Source: Penicillus capitatus
Taxonomy: Eukaryota; Plantae; Chlorophyta
Length of the DNA: 64,000 nucleotides
Direction: 5' to 3'
Assembly (NCBI GenBank): GCA_965649825.1
Contig: OZ287717.1
Span: forward strand, 137,201 to 201,200
Shown: positions 1 to 15,024 of the stretch, in pieces
How the letters are laid out: each line of letters opens with the position of its first letter
Numbering within the stretch: position 1 is the stretch's first letter
Position numbers and translations under genes: made by a program
Notes under the pieces: model-generated
What the model saw: only the letters and a program-made list of their open reading frames with translations
Told to the model about the DNA's origin: nothing
Database searches by the model: none

Positions 1-654
1 ACCAACAGCACTGTCAATACTCCAGATGATATCATTCATGATTCTGTGGCCGTTGTCTCGATCGTAGTCGAGAAGCACTTCGCTCCACGAGATCCTGGCG
101 ATCGACTTGGAATACTCAATGGCCGAGCGGTGCCGATGGATCTGGATAGATTCTTCTATCCTGCAGAACCAATATTCTTGCTGCACATCCGCAAAACACA
201 TCAGATTCGTATTCGCATGGAGTGTCATGGAGTGTCTCTTTCGACTGCCGTGCAAGTGATTCATGTGAAGCTCACACCTCCAGATGCCGAAAGGCAAGAA
301 TTGGATGTAATCGAAAGCCATAGCTTTGAAGACGGATTTGAAGTGCTCGCTTTACTGGATCCGAGTAGAATGCACTCCAAGAAGCTGTGCAGCCTTACGC
401 CCGATTCTGGCTACCAAAATAAACGATACGTTCACCTGTTAGTTGAAATCAAATTCTCCGTGGATCCATCAAACAACACCTTCGTTATCCTTAAAGGCAC
501 TCTGATCTGCAGAGTGGTTTCAGACAATGTTGAGTTTCCAAAGCGGAATTTTGATGAACAACACAAACGATCAGAAGCAAGACTGCCATCCTGGATGCAT
601 CGCTCTGTTTTCGGAGCGTCTTTTGTTCTAGATAGTGTTCCATACATCGCATGA
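1..654 (+). CDS. 3' end of a gene carrying the same DUF3694-like C-terminal domain as the kinases at 56.6-62 kb (5' part outside window)
   Basis: Frame open from base 1 to TGA 652-654. IFLLHIRKTHQIRIRM..ALLDPSRMHSKKLCSLTP..RYVHLLVEIKF..TLICRVV..RLPSWM aligns by eye with 58107-58740 and 61317-61940. Confidence 0.75.
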   Translation, partial: TNSTVNTPDDIIHDSVAVVSIVVEKHFAPRDPGDRLGILNGRAVPMDLDRFFYPAEPIFLLHIRKTHQIRIRMECHGVSLSTAVQVIHVKLTPPDAERQELDVIESHSFEDGFEVLALLDPSRMHSKKLCSLTPDSGYQNKRYVHLLVEIKFSVDPSNNTFVILKGTLICRVVSDNVEFPKRNFDEQHKRSEARLPSWMHRSVFGASFVLDSVPYIA

Positions 655-1490
655 ACACTTTTATAACAATAACGTCTTAAAGTGGAAAGAATGGCGACTG
701 TCATTGGTGTTGGTTTCGTGATCTCTCTGCTGTGTTGCTGTCTGCAAGATGTGGCCCGGGATTCTATCGGCTACCATAATGGATTCAACCGTGGAAGTTG
801 TATTAACCGGAGAGATGACTCAAGTCTTGCCTGTCTCGTGTTTGAACTAGGAAACTCCCCTGCTCTTTGGCTACCTAATGCTGTCTGTTTCGCAATCTAG
901 CGTTCCAATACAGCGTTATTTCTAAACTTAGTGCTGTTTCTTAGTCTGTGTATTTTGGAATTCTTAAAAACGCAGAAGTACAATCGATCTACTTCATCTC
1001 GCACTACATTCATTAACGCTTATCATCTGTCGAATCTTGACATCATCCGTTGTTTAACTCACAGTTGGGTAATTTGTGATCAACTCTCGCGAACACAATG
1101 AATAGTAATCCATAAACTATGATATCAGAGTCAGCAATATGTGTTCGTAGTTGCATCACACATCTCTTTTTATTACGCAGTAAAACACATGCAAAGCTGC
1201 GGATAGAATGGACTAATTAAATACTTGCTTAGCAAGACTCTTCTATTAGCAAACTTCAAAAACAAGATAGGATTCGTGCAAATCTAGAAAAGGACCAGTA
1301 ATCACTCTTCTTCCATGTGTCTTTTCCTACTGCAGTCTAAGTAACCCAAGTTTGCATATCGGAAGGAACAATTAAGCGCCTGGGAGTACAAGCCCAACAT
1401 CAGTCACAGTTCCTATTCACGTTACACCGACAAGTCGATTATCGGTGTGCACTCTCTGGTGTTTGTTAAACATGGAGAAATGGCATCTGT

Positions 1491-4400
1491 TTACGCGTTT
1501 TCTTCTTGTTCTGTTCTCTCCCCAAGTGTTCCGAGACTTCTTCGAATTGTTTTCTTCAGTTCACCAAGTTCTGATCTTTGTCTCCTGTCCTGGTTTCTGA
1601 AAGCTGTTTCCATCATTTCTCTGATGGCAGTGATTCTACCACTCCATTCCCCTTCTTCATCACTGTTGATTTTGGCTGATTCATCTGCATCGCGAACCAA
1701 CACAAGCAAGTACTTCTTGATCAGTTTCCTGAGATAAACACGAACTCAAGAGACTCCTAAACTTAATGACAACTGCTTACTGGTATGCAATGCGTTGCCT
1801 GTGGTTCAACGCTGCCTCCCCAGCATCGATGTACTTTGCTCGTCCTTTGAGCAGCTGCGATTCCTCTCTGCTCCGCACCTTGTCAAAGGTGTCTCCCATG
1901 ATGGCAATCAGCAGATTCAGCAAGACAACGGTCTCCAAGAAGATGTAGGAGACGAATGTGAGCGTGATGAGCATGGAGACGTTGTTCGTTAGCAAGAACA
2001 ACTAAGACACGCAGCAATCGTTCAGTGTACCGTCAGGGAAGAGTGATAACACCTCAGATGGAAAGTTTGCAAAGAGAGCATAGAACAGCGTCAACATACT
2101 GTTGGGCAACGTTCCAAAGAACTCGTTCGCCTGTTCACGGTATTCAGGTACGTTGCTGTTCTCTGGAAGATGGTTGAACATGACGTGCAGTCCCAGACTG
2201 AACCCGATGAGAATCATCAGTGCAAGAAACAGAAAGTAGAAACTCTCCGCGACGATGTTACTGATCATCAGAACGAGAGGTCCTGTGGCCTTGAACGCCT
2301 GTGCATGGTACCAAACCTGTCACAATTAACAAAACCTCAGTTTCAAATGCATTAGAGGAATTGACTACCTTGAACCAGACGAAGATGGATTCGAATCCAA
2401 TAAACACAGCAAGTGTCGATTCGAATGTCGGGTCACAACAGGCAAGGATATGGAAAACGGGGATGAAAGCAAGCAGCATCGTGCATGAGGTGAACTGAAT
2501 GAGGTTCCATTTCGAAGCAATGTAGGTGAGGAAACCACGGTACTTTCTTTTTACGAACTCTTCTCCATCTTTCATCAATGAAGCAATCTGGAGACACTCT
2601 TCGTACATCATCCAGAGAGCAAACATCCAAGAGAGTGAGAGGAATATAATTTCAAGAGCGAAAATCAGCGTGTCCTTGTCTTGGAAGGTACCACCAGAAC
2701 CGACAAGGGAGGCGTAGATGGTAAAGATGGGTACAAACGCAGCATACCAAAATGCATTCTTCCAACAACGCCTTTTCCAAAAAACCTTCCACTTCAAGTG
2801 AATGGTCCACTTCACCGCGTCGTATTTGTAAAAATAATCTGGCACATCTTGAAGCAAAAGTCTCCTTAAAATGCCTTCTTTTCCGATCTGTGCAATGTCT
2901 TCGAGACATACGACCTTCAGAGTCGCGGAAACAATGGATGCATTTTCACAATCTTCCTTTTTACGTATGGTATTTCGATGACGATCTCGCCAGACCAAAT
3001 CGCGATGGCGCTTTTCCAAACAACTCCATTCCATCAGAGAATCTGCCGTCTCCAAATGAATACCTATGTGATCTTCCCTAGAGAAGAAGTCATCGTGCAC
3101 ATGCAACGTGCAAATATCCACGATAAGTTTGTTTTTAGAAAGGACGTCTTTTATGGTTTCAGATTGGCGCATCCAGACGTCAACAAAGATAGTCTTGAGA
3201 ATGGCGGCCTTGTGGTTGATGTGGAAGTGGTGTTGGCAGAGCAGCGACATTAACCCCTTCATTCCATCCCCGCCGTCCAAGAATTTCTTTTTGAAGATGT
3301 ATTGCAGTGGATGAATGGATGTACCACATCCGATTGGCGAAAGCATGCATGGCATCGGAAGGCAGAATCCATGATCTTTCGAGATTTCCTGGATCTTCTG
3401 AATAGCCAGATTGTCTTCGTTCAGGAAGGCTGTGTCAAGCATGGACACACCGGCAACGTTGGGCATGTTGCAGATTCCTACTCCATAGTGCTCGTAGAAC
3501 CTAAACAATCCAGTCTGCAGCAATCCACTGTTTGAGCATAGCAACTCACTCATGAATACATCTGGTCGTTTCTTCGGTGTTGCCATCAACTGTGAGTTTC
3601 AATTTACGTTCATCGGGAAGACAGCCCTCGGCATCATACGGGGTCAGTAAACAGATTGGGCTTCCCTGATCCTCCTCCCAAGCGCCGTTGGCAAGTATGA
3701 TACTGTTACCGTTAAGGGAGAAAGAGAAAAAGAGAGATGTCATCAGTTCATCTCTTTCTGGCCCCATATCAATCGAAAGCATATGCATTGTGGTTTCCTC
3801 TGCAGAAAGCGCTCGTGTCAAATCAGGAAGATGCCAGAGGTCCTTAGCATACCAGCAATCTTGTAGACGCCGATGGATGATTTGCAGTTGCTTTCTTTGT
3901 GGATGCTGGCATAAGCAATCCATTCCCCGTCGTGTGAGATGGCACAGTCGAAGGAGATGTTTCCACCCACTTCCTCGATCCTGCTTGCCACATCAAGATC
4001 GGTAATCTCCGGTGTGATGACCAAGTGTTTTTGGGTGATCTCATTCCAGCCGATCAAAACTCTCTTTCCATCATCCGAAATCTTGCGATGGTGCTCCAGG
4101 ACTGACCACCAGACTTCAGAATTGAGATTTCTTAGGGTAGTCATGAAATTGGATTTATATTTAATGACGTCCCAGTTGAGAGCCTTCAGATCAAAGATGT
4201 AGATCTGTCGCAAATCCAACAGGAGTATTCTGTGTCCTTCTACTGTCTGCACCGACGACAGACACGGTGTATTAAATATGTTGCCACCCTCATTATGTGT
4301 GCGATGTACAGCTTCTCTGGTTTGTTTAACGAGATCATAACAGCAAACGGAGAAGCGGCCTGACAATCTGCCTTCGATAAACAGCATATCATTCTCCTCG

Positions 4401-6689
4401 ATAGACTTGCACAGGTAAACTTGAGTTGCACGGAAATCCTCCGAGGCCGTGTCCGAGTACGGATCTGTTTCCATTGGACTGATGATTCGAAGTCTTTTCA
4501 GCACATTTGTATCCTTTTCCAGTTCCCAGATGTTTGTATTCGATAGGTTTTCTGTGACGAAAACCTTGTGAATTTCATTGCGTTTGATAACGAATGCTAT
4601 CCTTCGACCATCAACAGATACAGCAGCGTCAATAATTTCTGGACGTTGAAGAAGGTCTGGTGGTATCTCTGGAGGTATGTTTTCTAATAGGACATCTGAT
4701 TGTAAAGCCTTCCACAAGAGATGAGAGATCCATTCAGAAAAAGCTGCTTTTGGAAGATGGCGATAATGTGTAAACCAGCCCCGTACAGGAATGAATTCGG
4801 AGTTGTCTTCTTCACGTAAGCATTGATATCTTGCACAGTGTACAAGATCTGTCGCCAGACAAGAGGGCGCAAACGCCAAGATTGCCTCTTCTCCCATAAC
4901 CATCACTCTGCATTCAGACTTGTCAAATCTGCAGGTATTTATCGCACCAAATGGATTGCTTCTCATGGACGGTGGCAATCTACATTGCCACAGTGTAGCT
5001 CCAGACGTCAGTGATACCATGACGATGGCTTCGAATCTCCAGGAGAAGAAGGCAGCTATTGTGAGGTCGCTGCTGACAGCAAACTTGGGATAGACGATGT
5101 CAGCCACCTTGTTGAGGTAACACTCTTCGCTCATCTTATCATCCACCATTCCGCTCTCGAGCAAAGAGTCGAGCTTTTTTTCGTCAATTGCCCATTGTCT
5201 CACTTCGCTTACTGTGAAGATCTCATCGAGGCATTTGGCAGGAACTGGCACGTAGACTTCAGTGCATACGACGTCCTGTTCCGCATTCCACAGAAGGAGA
5301 CGTCTCCTCGAAAGGTCGAATGTTTCGTAGATGGCCACAATGAGTCCTTCACATGTGGAACGTTCGTCCACGATTTGAGCATCCCAAGCAAGCAGTCCAC
5401 GATCGAGTGTACGTCTGGCGAAGACTTTTGATCCTTGGGGTTTGAGATCTGATGTTCTGTAGAGCGCAAGTGCAGGACCATGGTCGCCTGTCGATTTCTT
5501 CCAAAGCAACAGAAAATCCCCTTCTCTGCCCCAGGTTCCAAGAACACCATCGATAAAAATAGGACGTCTACTCCACTGCGGATCTGCTGGTCTTTCAACA
5601 GCCCCCCTCTGATGACGATATCTTGGTGTGTCGGCTGTATTCTCAGCAAAGCAGAGTTTTTTCCAAACAACGATCTGCACTTCGACATCTTGAGTATGCG
5701 ACTCTGTCGCATCTGTAGAGCTCGTCTGTTCTTTTTCCTTTCGAATAAAGCTTAGCACGCTTTCGCCGTTAGGTGAGAGCACTGGACGTGTCAGTTTCTG
5801 CCCTTCGCACGAGAGCCTTGCAGCCAAGATTGGCAACGCTTCTTGAACGCGGTACACCCAAAATTCTATCTTGTCCCTTTGTTGTGCCCTGCAGGCGAGT
5901 GTTCTTCCGTCACCAGAGAACTGCCATGCAGTAATCGTGGAACCATTAGAAAGAACTGCTAGTATTCTATCATTCCCTCGAGGCATGATGGTAGCAAAGA
6001 TCTGTCTCCCATTCGCTGCTATTGCACCTTCGTGTTCAATTTTGAATTCTTTGAGAGACCCACCATCGCCCACAGCAGCAAGTAACTCACTGCAGCCATC
6101 CATGAAACTCAAACAATGAACGTTGCTCCAGAAATGGTCCACGAACTCCGCGATCGGAGAGTAATTCACAGCGTTCCAGATCCTGATAAGGTTCGTTTGA
6201 TACAGAAAACGTACGATCTTTTGCTTACTTGATCCCGCCAGCGGAATCCCCCGTTGCGAACAGCTTCCCGTCTTCGGAGAGCGTGTAACAAGTGAACCGA
6301 ATTTGTGCAACAGGAGGACGCATGACGAAAGTCGGTACGCCATTGGCATATTCGTAGTCATCGAAGAATGAGAGGCGATGATCTAGGAAACAAAATGCGT
6401 GAAATCTAGGTAACCGTATAGAACTCGCCCCGAATTTCGATTCCCTCGGTATAAGCTAAACGATTCTAATAAAGCACACAGAGGACAAAAACAATCGCCT
6501 GAGCACAATTTCCCAGCAACGCGACTTTCATACTGCTACGTCGAGGCGGAGTGTCGTACAGGGTCGTATATTACCTTTTTCCAGTTGTTCGGGTGAAGCA
6601 GGTTGTGCTCTTTCTTTGTAGTTCATTGAATGCGGAGGCGATGTCTCCAGCTCCAAATCTTCTATCTCCGTGATGGGCACTTCACCCAT
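1491..6689 (-). CDS. TRP-family cation channel with long N-terminal WD40 propeller region (about 8 exons)
   Basis: S5-pore-S6 SFYFLFLALMILIGFSLGLHVMF..TLPNSMLTLFYALF..LLNLLIAIMGDTFDKV. WD40 motif FATGDSAGGIK/IWN restored by splicing at ~6187-6232. GT-AG introns join ORFs 6575-6689, 3818-6361, 3546-3923, 2258-3589, 2002-2268, 1777-2001, 1491-1709. Start codon uncertain. Confidence 0.85.
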
Positions 6690-7568
6690 TTTCCGTCGTC
6701 GACCACGTTCCTCGACTTTCGATACGATGCGCGTGTGCAGTATCTGAAAACGGATACAGGTAGAATGACTTGAAACCCACACGCGACTAACTACTGCATC
6801 TGTCACATCAAATCGACGGCGCCTCCACAAACTCTTGATCGACCCCTTTCGCTTTCTTCGTCGTTATCCAAGACTACAAAGTGACAGTAAAGACAGAGAG
6901 ATATAAAACTCAGTTAGTTCTTCGCAAAATTGCACAATCATGCGCATTGCTTCCTTTTAACGCTCTCAAGGTAAGGAAATCGACGAGAAACCACAGATTC
7001 AGAAAGAATAACACATCATCACCTCGATCATATATATCTTCTCATCTTTTCTTCCACGACATCTCCTATCTATTCCATTGCTCCAGTTCAGCTACCTTGT
7101 CTAATGTCAGCACGCATCACCCCTTGCCTAAACAGAAGGATCAAACAGCGTTATCATAAAGGTATGAACTAACGACCGAAGGCACAAGACTCACTTAACA
7201 GCGCTTCGAGGTACAGCATGTCTCGCATTACTTACACAGACAGATACTCAACCCAAATTCCAAAGCAGCATCTCACCAACTAACCATCACAATCATCAAA
7301 AGAACACAATCTCGTGTCGTCAATGCAAACAAGGCACATCTGCTTGATCCAGAATACGTCTGTGTGTCCTAACGGTGTGCCCTCACGCAGCAGACGGTAG
7401 ATAGCGTTCCTATCCGAGTAAGCAGTACACGCACGTCCCTTCCGCGTGATGGGACGTGTTGAGTGGCGCTAACGCGTTGGATGATGGTAGGTGAGGTGAG
7501 TCAGTTTTTATTCAACGCGTCGTTTTCTGAGTCCGTTTCGCGCTTTCCTACCGAGTGCCGTTGTCAGT

Positions 7569-8739
7569 ATGTCCAACCCTATCCCTGCCGTCGGAAGTCG
7601 CATTAGTCTGATCTCCAGCGGAGACATCCGCTATGAAGGCGTTCTGTATTCCATTGACATGGTCGAATCCAAAATCGCTCTTCAGCAAGGCACGAACAGC
7701 GACTCCTACGCAACACGAGACACAACAGCGGTGTGCGTGCGTTAGTGAAGTCCTTCGGAACGGAGGGCCGCCGAGCGGATTCGAAAGTCCCACCGAGCGA
7801 CGAGGTCTACGAATACATCGTTTTCAAGGGTGCGTGCGTCTGAGCAGATGGCGAATCGGCGGTGACGGCTTTGTTCGATATGGCAGGGTCGGATATCAAA
7901 GAACTTAACGTTGTCGAGTATGCCCGACAACATGCACTCGACGATCCAGCCATTATCTCCGTCGTAAGCTCCGCCGCCTTCTCGTGCATATCACTGATTG
8001 GGTGAATGTATGGATAGGGAGCCGGACTTAATTTTGGTTCAGGTGTGTGCGTTTGTGCAGATGCCTCTTGAGCATCTGTGGTTGGGTGGTGCATGCAGGT
8101 GGACCAAGCGGTACCCCGAGTCGACGTGATGGAGGTGGTGGCGGTGGATATTGGCATGGAGGTGGCCGCTTTGGTGGTGGAGGTGGTGGCTACCGTGGTC
8201 GTCGTGGCGGATTTCGCGGCGGCTACAGAGGTGGCAGAGGTGGCTATCCAAGATACGATAATGGCTATCAAGGATACAACAGAGGTGGCGGCGGCGGCTA
8301 TCAAGACAGAGAAGTTGTGCCATCTGTGAAAGTGCCAGATGAAGATTTCGACTTTTCTGAAAACCTGGCAAAATTCAACAAAAGCGAATTGACTAGCAAA
8401 GCAGAAGAATCAGAGAACAAAGAAGCCGATGGAGCATCGAAGTATGCGAAAGACGAGTTTTTCGACATGATGTCTTGCGAAGCATTGGAGAAATTGAGTT
8501 TGGGAGGGAACACATTGGAACCGAGAAAGAGCTTCCAAGAGCAAAGAAAGCTGGACATGGAGACATTTGGAGGCCTGGCACGTGACTACCGTGGTCGAGG
8601 CAGAAACCGCTGGAACCAGAGAGGCCGTGGAAGAGGGCGCGGTGGATACAACATGGGTTACGGTGGCGGCGGTGGCGGCTACGGCAGAGATGGTTATGGC
8701 GGCGGTGGCGGCTACAGAGTACGTTCCTATGACTGGTGA
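7569..8739 (+). CDS. LSM14: LSM14/Scd6/DCP5 mRNA decapping activator
   Basis: LSm domain [45 protein letters not shown]; FDF ([14 protein letters not shown]), FFD (KDEFFD) and TFG (METFG) boxes; RGG tracts; 4 introns, first is GC-AG (7690-7745). Confidence 0.95.
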
Positions 8740-9617
8740 ACAGTATCTGAGAGTGAGATCACTCTTTCTTCTCTGGCGTAGTCTCGTTATTAGACAGTTC
8801 TTTCATGATAACAAAAGACTAAGGAACAGCACCAATGGATGTGGAGAGATAGCTATAAGAGTCCGTCGGTCTGGGATTGTCTTCAATGTCTTTTTGTGTG
8901 ATGTGCGTCATGGGTGATGTGACAGGCATCGTTCATTAGGTGATGGAGGTGCTACAACCTTACATTTGATGATCGTATCCATTTGTCTCGTTGGCTAGTC
9001 GACAAAAATTAAAAAAACAGGAACAACAACATTATCAGCATCAGCTTAAGGAAGCGTCTCTGTCAGATTCCCTCGCCAAACAAAAATGGCTCCTGTTCCT
9101 TAGTTCCATTGATTTTGTACGTGTTCTGCTGATTTTGCTTGCTCTCTATTGTTTCTGGGCCTTAAACATGATACTTGCTATTTGCTAATGTTACCGTTTC
9201 TGCGTTCTCTGTTCATATGACCGAAGACATCATGATGATTGATTCCCTGTTAGACTTCCCGATTGATGACGATTTGTGTGAGGTCGGATTGGATTGGATA
9301 AAATACGAACTAAGAAGATCACATCGACAACCAGAAGAAGAAAAAAAAGATGAGCATTAGAAGATGATGACATTCCAAGAGATGACGCTAAATTTGGCCC
9401 ATGCCGAAGTGTGTTCTCGAGTCATTGATTGAATTGTCATGAAGAATGATGCGCTGAGGACAAAAAAGAGAAGGGCGATTGTTGAGTATGATGCGACACC
9501 TGCATAAAACAAATGCTCAAAAGCGAAATAATTGATGTTGCGTTTAGGAATCATCTTTTTAATTTTTGACAGTCTGAATTGTTGTGCGTGTCTCTAACCC
9601 CACGACAACGCCTCACG

Positions 9618-12313
<2,696 letters not shown>

Positions 12314-12466
12314 GACACCACCTATTGCCTGTTTAAAGATACTGTCTGGCAAAACGCCAAGATACTTATGGACAAACGGATCTGCACTTCGGCGGAGATC
12401 CAAACGTGCGCGATCGCCTTCGCCGTTTCGACGACAGGTAAGAGCGATCGATGCAGGTGTGTTGGC

Positions 12467-13669
12467 CTATGTTGACTCCTCTGTTAAGCCTGGTCGCTTT
12501 CGCAGCACGTGTAGAGGTCGATCGAATCCGCCGACCCTCTCATCCAGCATCACCGTCTTGACCAACTCAAATCCAACGTCCTCCGTTAGATACGGCACAA
12601 AGGCGTCTGGATGGAATTGTATGTCGGAAAGGGTAAAGGGAACGGTGGACAGATCCTAAGACGTGCGTTTAGGTTAGACCACCATAGCCAGATGGGATGC
12701 TCGCCTGTTTCTGAACGGCCTTACGGTAAGATCGTATGGGCTGCGGTTCAAAGATCAGCAGACCCGTTTCCCTCAACACCTTCCAGAATTGATGGAAGAG
12801 ATGACGCATGCCTTCGTCTCCGTGATGAAAATGGATCCACTTTGAGACGCTGAGACAGGTTAGTACATCACAGCCGCCATGTAGATGATGTGACAGCTCC
12901 ATGAAATCGCCCTGTACAAAGCGCGTCTTCTTCAGCCGCCGCACCGTCTCGCGTTTTCCATTGCGCTTGTAGGTTCGTATCAGCTCCGATCGCATCTGCT
13001 GCGCCTGACCGTGTAGCGACGCATCGATCTCTACTCCAGTCATACTGCCAGGTGAGAAATGCAGAACGATGCCCAGTGGCACGATGCCGATGTGACATCC
13101 CACATCTAACACATCCTTCTCACAGAACCACTCCTTCTCCAAGACCTACACCCATAGAAACGCCATCGCTGCCGCCGCCAGCCCGAGGTCCCCCAACTTG
13201 AAGGCGTGGCTCATCGAATGTCGGGTCCGAGAGACGGTAGCTGTAATAGCGTGGGTAGTTTCCGTAGACATAGGCCACTCTCTGTCGCTTCCCTGCACGA
13301 CTCTCCACTTCATCTCGATGCTGACGGTAGACTAGAGAAGCCAACATATGGTAAGGACTTGATGTGACAGGCATCACCTTGGAGAAACAGCTGTGCCCAA
13401 TGGGACATGTCCCCTCGATAAGGTAAGGCCACTTCCTCAGGGGCATCAGAGCCGTCCTCTTCACTCGACGTCACATCAAGGCGGCGGCGACCCACTCCGC
13501 GCCGCCGGCGTTTGCTAGGCACCTCCACCGAAGGCGTTCTCACCGTCTCTTCCGCAGACGTCTTTCTTTCGCTCGCATCCAATCGGGCGAGGCATTCGCC
13601 GATCTGCCGATCGATATCCTGACGTAAGGCTCGGAGTTGCTGCACGGTCTTGGCGATGGCGTCGTCCAT
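12467..13669 (-). CDS. MEPCE: Bin3/MEPCE-type RNA methyltransferase
   Basis: YGNYPRYYSYR, VLDVGC, CLSVSKWIHFHHGDEG, FEPQPIRSY, GFDRPL motifs; 3 introns, 12656-12704 is GC-AG. Confidence 0.9.
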
Positions 13670-13758
13670 CCCGAAGCTTCGAGATAGTCTATCAGCCGAG
13701 CTGTCACATCAAACAGCCATTCCTTCGCGACCCTCAGCCTATCCACGTCCTTGCACCG

Positions 13759-14676
13759 ATGGCCAACGAGGCGACCAAAGTCTACCTCTACGTCTACGAC
13801 TTATCCAACGGCCTAGCCGCCAGTCTGTCTCCCTCGCTGCTCGGCAAGAAGGTATGGCATGCAAAAACGTGTGACCGCCTTCGAGCTCACGGGTGATGAT
13901 GTGACGTTTGGGATAGATCGACGGCATCTGGCACACGTCCATCGTCGTGCATCGAACAGAGTTTTACTTTGGAGGCGGCATCTCTTCAGCCCCTGTCGGC
14001 ACAACGGCCTTTGGTCGTCCTGTTAAAATTCTCGAACTCGGGTCACACTTTTCAGCCGCCAATGTCACACTTTTGATATGTGTGAGAATAGGGAGACATA
14101 TGTACCGGTGGATGTCATTCACGATCTTATAGAAGATTTGCGTCATCGATTTTCCGAATGCTCTTACAATCTTCTCAGCAACAACTGCAACAATTTCTCA
14201 GACGAATTGGCCAAACTGCTCTTGGGAAAGGGCATTCCGGTATCCCCCTTTGAATGCGCCGATGTGCTCGAACATCGTTGGATGCAGGATCACATCGTCA
14301 AGCTTCCAGATGAAGTGATGTCCACGCCCTTCGGCCAAATGATCCGACCGATGCTGGCCGGACTGGAAACCCAACTTGGATCAATGAACGAAACGGCGCC
14401 ACAGAAAAGCGCGTCGGCGCCGCCGCAACAACCCAGTACTTCTGCGCCGCCGCCGCCGCCACGTGTCTCCCAAGTACATCCACCCAGTCCATAATGTACT
14501 GTGACGGACGCATATAGGATGAAGTGGAAAACGTGATTCGTCGTGAATTTGCCGCTCTGGTGGCAGAAGGCAGCGTCACACCGAACCAGGCAGCGGTCAT
14601 GGCATTGGAGAAAGTGCGTGAAATGTATGGCAGTAAAGGATCTGCTGACAGCGGCGGCGATAAGAGCCAAGCGTAG
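13759..14676 (+). CDS. DESI1: DeSI/PPPDE desumoylating isopeptidase
   Basis: VYLYVYDLSNG, GIWHTSIVV (catalytic His), YNLLSNNCNNFS (catalytic Cys). The last exon after intron ~14473-14518 gives the plant-type tail IRREFAALVAEG..AAVMALEKV..YG, then TAG 14674-14676. Confidence 0.9.
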
Positions 14677-14770
14677 CGCTTTGAATACAAAACCTTTCAA
14701 ACGCATCTGTCTTTGCTTGGCGCAGAATACAATGCTGTTTTAATAACTAGTCTATGAATGAATAAGGGCA

Positions 14771-14793
14771 AACGAACGAACGAACGAACGAAC
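14771..14793. repeat. (AACG)n microsatellite
   Basis: aacgaacgaacgaacgaacgaac in the DeSI-DCP1 convergent spacer. Confidence 0.85.
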
Positions 14794-15024
14794 AAAACAA
14801 CTCAGCAAAGCATTATTTCTCAGGATAGATCTTCAACATTCGTGCATTGCCTTTTCTTCTTTGCTATTATGCCATTCGAGGCGGATTCTGTCTGTCTGTC
14901 TGTTAACGACATCAATCACACACACATACGTTCCATATGGATGATATCAAGGCAGAACGATCATCATCACCAAGCACCATCGCCCCCACCCCCCACCCCC
15001 ACATACCCGCTGCGCATATGCCCA

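Noticed and set aside
3528-3549. Possible 22-nt micro-intron in the TRP gene
   Set aside because: A 49-nt GTGAGT..TTTAG intron from the same donor restores the frame (CIHE/FYEHYG) and fits the local size norm.
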